Below are positions 20,408-29,610 of a stretch of DNA of 64,000 bases, piece after piece. The position numbers and the translations under genes were made by a program. The notes beneath the pieces are model-generated. The model was not told the origin of the DNA, made no database searches, and saw nothing but the letters and a program-made list of their open reading frames with translations. The stretch's first letter is position 1. Each line of letters begins with the position of its first letter. Location: assembly GCA_963764725.1 (NCBI GenBank), contig CAVXTM010000011.1, positions 192,001-256,000 of the forward strand. Reading direction: 5' to 3'. The DNA is from an uncultured Gammaproteobacteria bacterium. Lineage in GTDB: Bacteria; Pseudomonadota; Gammaproteobacteria; JACCXJ01.

Positions 20408-21133
20408 TGTTAGCGATGGAGTAAAAATGACCCACCGGCGATGATTGAAAATTCACGCACCTGCAGTAGCGTGGGCCCTTTTTGGGGTGGCCATGTTGAC
20501 ACAGGAGGAAGCGGTGGAATACACGCATTGGCACGGTAGGGTAAGAGTATTCGAGCGATTGCGCGCCTGCTTCGGGTTTCGCGTAACACCGTACGGCGGC
20601 GGCACCGGGAGGGGATGGTCGTGAGCTATGGCCCCTTGGCGCTGAGGCTGACGAAGTTGGCGGTATGAGAGCTATTTACGCGGGCGCATTGAAGCGGCGA
20701 AGCCTGGATCCCGGCGAGTGTGTTGTATGAGGAAGCGCGCGAGTTGGGGTACCGTGGTAGCATCAGCCAGTTGAGGCGCTATGTAGCGAGCTTAAAGCCG
20801 GTGGCGACGGACGAGCCTCTACATCGCTTTGAGACCGAGCCTGGACATCAGGTGCAGGTAGATTTTGTGGTGTTTCGTCGCGGTGTGGTCATGCCATTAT
20901 CGGCATTTATGGCGACGCTGGGATACAGCCGGGTGAGCTTTGTTGCGTTTGTCACCGATGAGAGGCTTGAGACGCTAATGGGTTGTCACGCGCGGGCGTT
21001 TGATTATTTTGGTGGCGTTCCACGGCAGGCGCTCTGCGACAACATGAAGACGGTGGTGCTGGCACGAGACGCCTATGGTCCGGGGCGGCGCCGGTTTCAT
21101 CCGGAATTTTTGGAGCCGATCGCTTACAAATGA
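20408..21133 (+). mobile_element. istA: IS21-family remnant (left end + decayed istA)
   Basis: End TGTTAGCG with internal repeats (AAAATGACCCA / AAAATTCACGCA); GYRGSISQL, RFETEPGHQVQVDF, LGYSR, FGGVP, DNMKTVV; stops and frameshifts upstream, truncated downstream. Confidence 0.85.
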
Positions 21134-21188
21134 CCGCCATCTACGCTAGTTCAGTGATAGCTGCCAACGACGCTCCAAGCGGACCGAT

Positions 21189-22040
21189 CTAGCTAAACCT
21201 AATTTGAAGCATTAGCCGGTCCGCGTGAGTCGGCGGAGACGCGCGGTGGTAGCAGGCGGCATCTTGGATGAACCCGGTGCCTGCCGGCCCCTCGATTATC
21301 AGCTCGTTCTCGCGGCCGAATCGTTGGTGAACCAGGGATTCGCTTGCGACCGCAGATCCGAACAGCATCCGCAATGACTTGCGGTTGTGCGACTTCCGCA
21401 TCATCACGTGTGCGCCGGAATATCGGTCGGTATCGAGAATGTAAAAGCTCGCATAGACGAAGTTGAGGCCGCCGACGTCGTAGTGATAATCGATCGCGCC
21501 TTGCTCTAGACACCGCCGCTCCTCGTCGGTGAAATCCGAAGCCAAGCTCCAAAAGAGTATCGGCGGGGCCGTCTTTGGCTCGTAACCGAGGTAGTTCCAC
21601 GCAATTGCTCGCACGACCGGATCTTCGACAATCGCGCGCACGGCGCCGCAGCTCATCGGATCGCGAACGGAGCCTGTCGGGGTTGGCCGGCCATCGGGCG
21701 TGCGCCCGCGGATAACATCATGGTGGAAAAAGGTCGGGCCGTCCGGATCGTGTCGTGCGAATAGCGGCGTGGATCGGCAAAACGTATCGATTTCACGGAC
21801 GATCGTCGCAGGAAGGCGGATTCCCAAAACGACCGCATCGTCGCGAATGGTTTTGACTGCTTGATCGACGTCTATATCGGGGAACAGCGTCTGCCGGCCC
21901 GAAATCTCCGGTGACACCCGAAATCCAGTTTTGCGGAGTTGACGAATGCGACTATAGCAAATACGGACGGCCCTGAAACGGCCAAAGACATATTGGAAAT
22001 CACCGCTTCTCAACCGTGAGAATATGCTCTTGACGTTCAT
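21189..22040 (-). CDS. Phytanoyl-CoA dioxygenase (PhyH)-like Fe(II)/2OG oxygenase
   Basis: HxD (YHYD)...H (CYHRA) facial triad, GPAGTG, terminal R (DRLMLQ); SD AGGAG before ATG 22040. Confidence 0.65.
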   Translation of the reverse strand: MNVKSIFSRLRSGDFQYVFGRFRAVRICYSRIRQLRKTGFRVSPEISGRQTLFPDIDVDQAVKTIRDDAVVLGIRLPATIVREIDTFCRSTPLFARHDPDGPTFFHHDVIRGRTPDGRPTPTGSVRDPMSCGAVRAIVEDPVVRAIAWNYLGYEPKTAPPILFWSLASDFTDEERRCLEQGAIDYHYDVGGLNFVYASFYILDTDRYSGAHVMMRKSHNRKSLRMLFGSAVASESLVHQRFGRENELIIEGPAGTGFIQDAACYHRASPPTHADRLMLQIRFS

Positions 22041-22219
22041 TATTCGCTCCTGGTTCTTGTGGATGAAGATCGCCGGCTTCCGCGATCCGTTTAACGCCTT
22101 CGCCGCTTGCCTCATCGAGACCGCCCAGGCCAACGGGCTTGAACCCACGCCTATCTCCGCCACTGTGACGTCGCCTAAAACACTGTGGATTGCCATTCTT
22201 TGTATGCATGTTGAAATAG

Positions 22220-23692
22220 TTAGCGCTGTGCTTGCAAGAACCAGGTCGTAGCCCCGTAACGGCCCAGCTTTCCTTCGATTCCATTCTTAGATGCATGATT
22301 GGACCATTGCACGGCAGTTACACCAAGACCTGCATTCTCTAGATATCCCTTCAACGTGTCAGGAGCAATTACTTGGATCCCGCCGTCCTCAAAAGCGCGC
22401 AACTTCCGATAATCTGCCTTGCCTAGCGCTTTTTTAGCGAGAACTCGAAGCGAGCCAAAGTTGGGGCCACTGATCACTAACATGCCGCCTTGGTGAACAA
22501 GACGAGCGCATTGCTCGACCACTTGCCCGGGATTGGGAAGTAGATGCAGCAGATTCGTAATGATTACACATTCGAAGGCCCGACCGTTCAACCTTCTTAA
22601 GCACTCGGCAAGCGTCCCATAATCCACATCGATTCCGAGACGGGCGGCCGTACCTCCAATTATCGAATCCAATGGTACAGCGGTGACCATTGCGCCACGT
22701 TTCTTTAACTCGGCTTCAGTCGCTCCCCACCCACATCCGATCGACAGGATGCCCTCAGCATTATTGGGCACCAGCGCTAGCAGTTCCGCGCTTGGTTCTT
22801 CATAATAACTTTTCGACCACTCCCGATTATGCATGCGAGACTCAACGGCGCAAAGGGTGCTCGCCGGATGTGCACCCTTGACAATTGACATCTGCGTTTG
22901 AATTAGCTCGTTACAGGCGGCCAGGGAGATTCCGACCTTACCTGCATACCGATTAGATAGGTGATGAATGAGAAAATCCTCCAGCGCCGAGATGCAAACT
23001 ACCTTACGAAATCCGCAACTGGTGTAAGGATCCGTTGCTGCAGTACATGCCAAGTCGTACGAGCCTTCGTACGGACTTTTAAGGAAACCGCCAGAATCAA
23101 TCGCCCTTCTTAACTGGCCCTGTGTTAAAATATAGCATGCGGCATGTGCATTAGATAATTCTCCCACTACGTAACCACCTCGCTGTTTAACCGATTCTGG
23201 TATCCAGTGAAAGCACCCGTGTACGTCGGGAAGGGAACGGGCGCCAGTTTTGTCCACCTCGTACCTGACAAAGCCAGCGATCTCATCGGGGGCCAAATCA
23301 GGTGTGGCCCGTAGAAACGCCTCAATGTTCCGTTCCGTTATCTCTATGTCATCCTCTGAATAGATAAACAGATCATACTGGTCGATGTTGCTCGCAAGAA
23401 TAGACTTATGTGCAAACGGCAAAGACCATGGGTCCCGTGAAGGTAAGCCAACGACAACTTCGACATTCGGACCTAATTCTTTTAGGGCGTTGGATACTAC
23501 GGCTATATCAACATCCATAGTCATTTGCCCATACCCAAGGATGACTCGTTTCAACAATTCAAGGTTCTTATTCCCATAACTGGCAATGACGACTAGCATT
23601 CGAAGCCTGTCGCCGTCCAGTTCCAAATCGGCATTCTTTAATTCATTCATGAGTAAGCACCTCGAAATCATCCCCTTACTATAGTCAACCAT
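22220..23692 (-). CDS. Fusion of a GT-A-like N-terminal domain and a class I SAM methyltransferase
   Basis: VVIASYG, YDLFIYSEDD (DxD-like); C-terminal ILSIGCGWG, FECVII, LHLLPNP. Confidence 0.75.
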   Translation of the reverse strand: MVDYSKGMISRCLLMNELKNADLELDGDRLRMLVVIASYGNKNLELLKRVILGYGQMTMDVDIAVVSNALKELGPNVEVVVGLPSRDPWSLPFAHKSILASNIDQYDLFIYSEDDIEITERNIEAFLRATPDLAPDEIAGFVRYEVDKTGARSLPDVHGCFHWIPESVKQRGGYVVGELSNAHAACYILTQGQLRRAIDSGGFLKSPYEGSYDLACTAATDPYTSCGFRKVVCISALEDFLIHHLSNRYAGKVGISLAACNELIQTQMSIVKGAHPASTLCAVESRMHNREWSKSYYEEPSAELLALVPNNAEGILSIGCGWGATEAELKKRGAMVTAVPLDSIIGGTAARLGIDVDYGTLAECLRRLNGRAFECVIITNLLHLLPNPGQVVEQCARLVHQGGMLVISGPNFGSLRVLAKKALGKADYRKLRAFEDGGIQVIAPDTLKGYLENAGLGVTAVQWSNHASKNGIEGKLGRYGATTWFLQAQR

Positions 23693-23990
23693 ACAATCCG
23701 CTATAAAAGACGTCCACCTTGCGAGTAAAAAGTACCAAGTGACCTCAGAATCATGGCCGATCGACAGATCGGCGCTGATTCAAGGACTACCTCTTCGGAC
23801 GAGCGCCCAGTAATGCGGGATCGACAAAAACACCAGTTTCGCTGGCAACATCGGTTAGCGTTGTCAGCGGTTACGAAGGTCAATCGCATCCACCATCCAA
23901 TCGAATGGGCCCACTTCTGACTTCAGAGATTGCCTAGACGTCGTGCAATAATCCTTTGAGCCCCCGAAATCCACTGTACAGCGGCATAAC

Positions 23991-24353
23991 TGGAGTTGAC
24001 CCGTTTCGTGGACACTTCATCTTTTGGGAGTCCACGATGTCGAAACGAAGAAGTGCATATCTGCTGGAGTTCTGGCGACAGATGGTCGAGTTGGTCGGGT
24101 CGGGCCGCAAACCAGGAAGAGCTGTCGCGGGAGTTTGAGCCGACGGCGCAGGCGATCCGTAACGGAGATGGCTATCTTCTTCGCGTTCATCGAGGGCTGG
24201 TATAACCCGCATCGTCGGCACTCGTCCATCGGTGGTTACTTGTCACCCGTCAACTACGAGAGGAGGATATGTCCAATACTGAACCCGCGACCATCGCCAA
24301 TGCACGGTTTGAATCCCAAGCCCTAAACCGTCCACGAAACGGGGGGAACTCCA
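23991..24353 (+). mobile_element. Internally deleted IS3-family element (MITE-like, 363 bp)
   Basis: TG...CA ends; IRs TGGAGTTGACCCGTTTCGTGGAC / TGGAGTTCCCCCCGTTTCGTGGAC; TSD TAAC; orfA start fused to integrase tail (FIEGWYNPHRRHSSIG). Confidence 0.88.
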
Positions 24354-24446
24354 TAACATTGCTTTCGTTACGCTTGGCAAGGGCTGTGGCACATAAGGTT
24401 CCGACGGTGCATGGCCTGGCGACCGGATCCCCTTTTGTCGAGTTTC

Positions 24447-25778
24447 CTATCTCGAGAAATGCGGTTGTACGCGATTTCTTGTTGAGCCAATCTTTTCTGT
24501 GGCTTTTTTATAGTCTTCGATGTATTCCTGCGAAATAGCCGAAATAGCTGCTAATTCCAAAAACCATAACACATAAATTTGATCGAAATATGTTATGCCG
24601 AGCCAAGTAACAATATGGACCAATACCGCGCAACCCAATCCCCATAGGAGATATTCAGTTTCATTTTGTGCCCGTAAAGTGCCGCGAACAATTGTCAAGG
24701 CTTGCCCAAGAACTCGAAATGTGCGGACAAGCAAAAGAATTAAAAGGGCCATCGCTAGAAGGCCGGCGTTTAACCCGAAGGCAAGGTATTTGTTAGTAAT
24801 ATCCGCTGCACCTGTAGCCTCAATTACAAACGGAAACCAGTGTATAGTCTGAGCGATGTCCATGCCGGCGAACCACCATTTATCAAGATTCTGAAAGGCC
24901 ACCTCCATCAGACGGGAACGATGCCAGCCACCACCTCCGGTTAATGAACTTATCCTTGCAGTTAAATACCATATTGGAGCCTTCATAACTATCGCTAGAC
25001 ACACAAACATGACGGCAACGATCCGTCTTAAATAAACCAGCTTCGTTCGTGCCACCCAGGATAGCCAACCCACTAAGCCCATAGCGGCGGCCCCTACCGG
25101 GCCGCCCGAGTTTGAGAAAAGGACAATCCCCAAGCACAAGCCAATTCCAGCACAAGCCCGGATACGATTTTTCCGTGTGAACATGAGCCCGATGTATAAC
25201 GGCAACACAGCCGCCCCAAGTGTGCCGAGCAACGATGGATGCCTAAAACTACCCATGCACCGAATCCTACCGCCACGTAATTCGAAGTTCCAAGTCCCTG
25301 CACCCATCAAAGCAAACGGATTTTTCTGCGTAAGCATCTCGACCGACAATAGTGCGACATAAGGAACGAGAATAATAACGAAAACACGTAAAAACCATAT
25401 CAGTTCCTCAATGTTTTTGATCAGTCCTCGGAAGGTAAAGTAACAAAACGAGGCATCGACTAGCGAACCGACCATCGCAACCTGGCCTACATCTGAACGT
25501 ATAAGAAAAACCAGCGTGGTAAATCCATAAAGCAAGAGTACGGATCGATCTATCGCATTCAGTTTGGACAACACAAACTCCTTGCGTACCACAACGCGGG
25601 AAAAGCCGGCGAGTTCCAGTAGCCTAATCGCGGTCAAATCCAGGCCAAGCACGTCAACCGCTTGTTGCTGGGTTACATACAGTACGCCTCCCATCATCCC
25701 AACCAAGGCCCATCGCCGGGGTGCAAACAAAATCACGACCGTCAGCAGAAATACAATGCTTGCCCCTATAGAATTCAT
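24447..25778 (-). CDS. wzy: Wzy/O-antigen-ligase-like polysaccharide polymerase
   Basis: ~11-12 TM segments, R..GSFRHP and GGWHR loop motifs; cluster context. Confidence 0.7.
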   Translation of the reverse strand: MNSIGASIVFLLTVVILFAPRRWALVGMMGGVLYVTQQQAVDVLGLDLTAIRLLELAGFSRVVVRKEFVLSKLNAIDRSVLLLYGFTTLVFLIRSDVGQVAMVGSLVDASFCYFTFRGLIKNIEELIWFLRVFVIILVPYVALLSVEMLTQKNPFALMGAGTWNFELRGGRIRCMGSFRHPSLLGTLGAAVLPLYIGLMFTRKNRIRACAGIGLCLGIVLFSNSGGPVGAAAMGLVGWLSWVARTKLVYLRRIVAVMFVCLAIVMKAPIWYLTARISSLTGGGGWHRSRLMEVAFQNLDKWWFAGMDIAQTIHWFPFVIEATGAADITNKYLAFGLNAGLLAMALLILLLVRTFRVLGQALTIVRGTLRAQNETEYLLWGLGCAVLVHIVTWLGITYFDQIYVLWFLELAAISAISQEYIEDYKKATEKIGSTRNRVQPHFSR

Positions 25779-25901
25779 ATTTTCTTTTTAGAGCCTATAC
25801 GAAAACTTTATAAGGGGACAGGAAGAACTCAATTGAGGAACACGCCAAAAGGAGATGAGCCATCTAGTGGCAAACCAGACGAGCGACCACTGAAGTCAAC
25901 C

Positions 25902-26894
25902 CTAGTCAGGAAGGTTTTTGTACCGCTCTGCGATTTCCCGCGGTAGACAATGCCAAGCGCTAGGAATTTCCTTTAGATATCCAAGAAACTCCTCATAGTG
26001 GTTTAGATGATCTTTTTCCATCAAATAGTCGGGATGTGTCAAAGTAAGGATCATGCCATGATTGGCGGCAAGCCATTTAGCTTTTTTCTTCCAGATTAAA
26101 ATGTTCTTTGCTCTTAATGTGTAAAACAATACATGGTCCTGCGGAACCGTGTACGGCAACTCAACAAATTTTCCCGCCATAAAGGGCCAAATGGACCCAG
26201 TTCCGCCCGGAAACGGCTGGTATGGGTCGTAATCGAAACATGAGGCGTCGTACAAAATATTCAAATGCTGTAGCCAATCCAAATTCCGATGGACCTGAGG
26301 TGACCTGAAACCTACGGCACCATATTTCTCAAGCGCCTTATTGATATACGCAGCCCGTTGCAAAAACCTCTGCTTCGAATAATACAAAGTGCCATCGTGG
26401 TTATAGCCGTGAATTCCGATCTCATTGCCAGTCCTAATTATCAAATCAGTTATTTCACGATGTAACCTGTATTTGTTAGCTACCAAGTTCCAGGAGCCTC
26501 TGAACCCGTACCTCTGCTCCAAGGCGATTACCTGTGGAATAAAATCGTATCCCTTTTGGGTTTCCACATCGTGTGTAAGAATGATGGACGTCGTGTAACT
26601 GTCGGGATACAGCGACGTGGTGAACTGACTCCAAGCCCTTTCATCGCTCTTTAGCAGTTCAACCAGATCCGCACAAATAAACTGAGGACGACATGTCGTG
26701 GCACGCGTATACCTGCTTTGGAGCCAATGCCTCACAAACAAAGGCATAAAAGGTCGGGCAACTCGATAATAGATTTTTTGAAGCGGCGAAAACCTGAGTT
26801 GAAAATCGTTCTCGGATAGATACGCACGTGAATCCGGGTGTGGGTGGTTCTTCAGATAAATAGCCAGCGTTTCCATGGCTAAGTTATCCCTCAT
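25902..26894 (-). CDS. Polysaccharide deacetylase (CE4-like)
   Basis: LTHDVET, EIGIHGYNHD, GFRSP, LTHPDY. Confidence 0.85.
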   Translation of the reverse strand: MRDNLAMETLAIYLKNHPHPDSRAYLSENDFQLRFSPLQKIYYRVARPFMPLFVRHWLQSRYTRATTCRPQFICADLVELLKSDERAWSQFTTSLYPDSYTTSIILTHDVETQKGYDFIPQVIALEQRYGFRGSWNLVANKYRLHREITDLIIRTGNEIGIHGYNHDGTLYYSKQRFLQRAAYINKALEKYGAVGFRSPQVHRNLDWLQHLNILYDASCFDYDPYQPFPGGTGSIWPFMAGKFVELPYTVPQDHVLFYTLRAKNILIWKKKAKWLAANHGMILTLTHPDYLMEKDHLNHYEEFLGYLKEIPSAWHCLPREIAERYKNLPD

Positions 26895-28048
26895 ACGGCA
26901 AAATACTTGTACAGCGCTTCACCGGCCAGCCGGCATACAAACGGCGGACTATGTCTGATGACGGGTTCGACCAGCTTGTGGTTCAGGACATCGAACAAAC
27001 CTGCGGAGGGGACTGTAGGGAAATACGAATAGGAAAGTTCCGTTTCCGTTGCACTCCATCCGCTTTTAAAATGTCTCAGCCCTTTGTTTGACGAGGCTGT
27101 TTTCCCAAAGTCGAACCTTAAAAACCCTTGCTGTTTGGCGTACAGCATTGTTTCCCAAAACATCAGGTGATTGGGCGACAAATCCAGGTAAGACGGATCC
27201 GATGCCCCATATTTATAAGCAATCGTTTCCTTAAACCCACAGAATACACCAGCACTCATATATTGCGTGTTATTACGGGTGAGCGATATAAATCCCAAGT
27301 TTTGTTCAATAATGTGCCTGTGAAACAGGGTGAAATATCTACGAGGTTGTATCGGCACTCCCTGCCTCTTGCGAGTTTTAAGGTGAAGCCAGTAAAAAAT
27401 ATCCATAGCTTCTACATCGCGACGTATCTCAGTTTTCAGGCCACTTTTCTGCGCCTTCTTAATGGGTCGTTGTACACGGAGCTTGAGTGACTTCAGGAGG
27501 TCTTTTGGCTCTCCCTCAATATTTGTTACGTGCAACCAATGCGTGTTGCGCAACGCAAATCCAGAGTCGGGCCCAAGCCCGCTACGAACTTCAATACGGG
27601 CCCTGTTCTGCATAGCCCCTGAGCGTACATGGTCCATCAATAGTTGCAACTCAGCAGGTGACGCACCAAGCGGTCCACAATAATCGGAAAACGGTAGACA
27701 AACCAGTTTTTTCCGAAACCCAGACCCCTTGACTTCACAAAACGGGATACCGGCCAGAATTGTTTGATCATGTTGCAGGCACATGGCAAATGTTTCGAAT
27801 TTATACTGATCATGAAGAAGGGTTAACCAGGCCGGATGATGAAAGATCCCGGCGTCCGGGTGAGAATGAATAAACGCATTCCACAAAGGGTTGGTCGCTG
27901 GGTCAATAACATGAATGCTTGCAGAGTTTGTGTCGTGCATCGTATTTCTACTTCGCTCATTTTCTCGATGCATTGCCCACTTCTCAGAAGATGAGGATCG
28001 GCTTTTTTGCTGGTCCATCTTACGTTGGTAGCAATGAGGCATAGGCAC
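26891..28048 (-). CDS. FemAB-related GNAT acyltransferase (XrtA-associated type); start probably 27940
   Basis: IFHHPAW, LPFSDYCGPL, FDFGKT, GLRHFKSGW. Confidence 0.85.
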   Translation of the reverse strand: MPMPHCYQRKMDQQKSRSSSSEKWAMHRENERSRNTMHDTNSASIHVIDPATNPLWNAFIHSHPDAGIFHHPAWLTLLHDQYKFETFAMCLQHDQTILAGIPFCEVKGSGFRKKLVCLPFSDYCGPLGASPAELQLLMDHVRSGAMQNRARIEVRSGLGPDSGFALRNTHWLHVTNIEGEPKDLLKSLKLRVQRPIKKAQKSGLKTEIRRDVEAMDIFYWLHLKTRKRQGVPIQPRRYFTLFHRHIIEQNLGFISLTRNNTQYMSAGVFCGFKETIAYKYGASDPSYLDLSPNHLMFWETMLYAKQQGFLRFDFGKTASSNKGLRHFKSGWSATETELSYSYFPTVPSAGLFDVLNHKLVEPVIRHSPPFVCRLAGEALYKYFAV

Positions 28049-29198
28049 TTGTCAAATTCAGTTTCTGAAGTTCCCAGGATAAAACGTTATTGAAATGGCT
28101 AAGGGTTCGTTCCCTTAAATCCTCGTATTCGTCCACTTTGTTATAAATCTCTACAACCTTTTGGGCAATTTCCTCGAACGTATTCACATGAATGCCAATA
28201 TCTTCCGTTGAATTCACTTGCTCCTTGAGTCGTAGTGAGCACACAGGCACTGCACAGCACATGTAATCCATCACCTTCATAGCTGTATGCAAGTGATTCT
28301 TAGGCAAATACCCCCAGGTTACCAAGCCAAAATCGAAGTTCTTAATAATTTCAAACGCCTGTGGTACTCGGACAAAGCCGTATAGATCAAACCTATCCTC
28401 CATACCACATTCTCTGATTTTTCGCCGAAGGTAACCCAATCCGGGGCCACTACCTATAATTGAAAATTTAAACTGTATTTTGTTTTTCGCTAAGGTCTTG
28501 GCTATTATAAAGAAATTGTCCAATCCTGCTGCTTCATCATCGGCCAGTACACCGAAATATCCAATGTTAATCATACCGGTGCGTTTCGACTTATCTATTT
28601 CGGTTATGCTTTTAAACACGATTGGGTTGCTGTTTCGTACTACGTGTATTCGTTTACGAGCGTTTTTTTGTCTTACATAGTCAGATATTGACCGATTAGT
28701 GGTAATAATCAAATCCGCAAATTGAATACTCAATAATTCAAAAGCTCTCAAAAAAAGCTCCAAAAACTTACCTAGTATCGTTTTGCTTGCGCTTTTGCCC
28801 TTGAATGTCTCAATGGAAAGATCGTGGACATCAAACGTAAGTTTTGTCCCGAATAGCTTAAGCCAGGAAATGATAGGAATGATAAAGTCAGGAGGGTTTG
28901 CAACGTGAATTACTTTAATTCTCTTAAGCAGGACAATGAACGGGACCAACAATGCGATCCAGGTCCCCGCTATCGAGTATTCCAAGAGAATAAATAATAA
29001 CGATTTAGCTTCAAAATGCGGATATCTGATGCACCTGACAGATTGAATACTCTCAGTAAACTTCTCCCCTTCTTGCCTTGGAGCTAGAACGTAGCACGAG
29101 TAAACGTCTGAAAGGGTGATGCATTCGTTATAGACTCTCGTATCACGCGGGAAATAGTCATTTTCAAGGACAAACAATACGCTCGTTTTTTTTCTCAC
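28020..29198 (-). CDS. Glycosyltransferase family 4
   Basis: LENDYFPRDTRV, IHVANPPD, FDVHDL, KVMDYM. Confidence 0.88.
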   Translation of the reverse strand: MRKKTSVLFVLENDYFPRDTRVYNECITLSDVYSCYVLAPRQEGEKFTESIQSVRCIRYPHFEAKSLLFILLEYSIAGTWIALLVPFIVLLKRIKVIHVANPPDFIIPIISWLKLFGTKLTFDVHDLSIETFKGKSASKTILGKFLELFLRAFELLSIQFADLIITTNRSISDYVRQKNARKRIHVVRNSNPIVFKSITEIDKSKRTGMINIGYFGVLADDEAAGLDNFFIIAKTLAKNKIQFKFSIIGSGPGLGYLRRKIRECGMEDRFDLYGFVRVPQAFEIIKNFDFGLVTWGYLPKNHLHTAMKVMDYMCCAVPVCSLRLKEQVNSTEDIGIHVNTFEEIAQKVVEIYNKVDEYEDLRERTLSHFNNVLSWELQKLNLTSAYASLLPT

Positions 29199-29610
29199 TT
29201 GGGCGGGACCAAGGGTCGGACCAACCTATCTTCCCCGAACAAGGGAGCCGTAGACTTTGCCAGATCAGATAGGAAGCGCACCGACAAATCAGATCTCAGT
29301 TCCAAATGTTCGAGTTGATGTCCTTGAGCTTTGTGGTAGTAGGCTTCGTTCGAGCGACGATGTAGCCGGAAAAGGCTGGGTTCGAAGAGCAACTCTAGGC
29401 CAAGCAGCAAGCTCACCACGCTCAAGCAATTGCAGCCCCGTCCGATCCTGCGGGATTGGATAGAAAGTCGCGAGGAGGCAAACGTGTCAGGATTCCGGTA
29501 TTCCGCCGGTTTCGTAAATTGACTGGATATAACGCAATTGGCCAACATTCATCATATGGCTAAGATTTGGCAGTTTCATGTCGCTTTCTCTTGAGATAGT
29601 GGTGGTACGC

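Noticed and set aside
29195-29548. 117 aa ORF between asnB and GT4
   Set aside because: No SD or recognisable motif; probably non-coding or decayed sequence.
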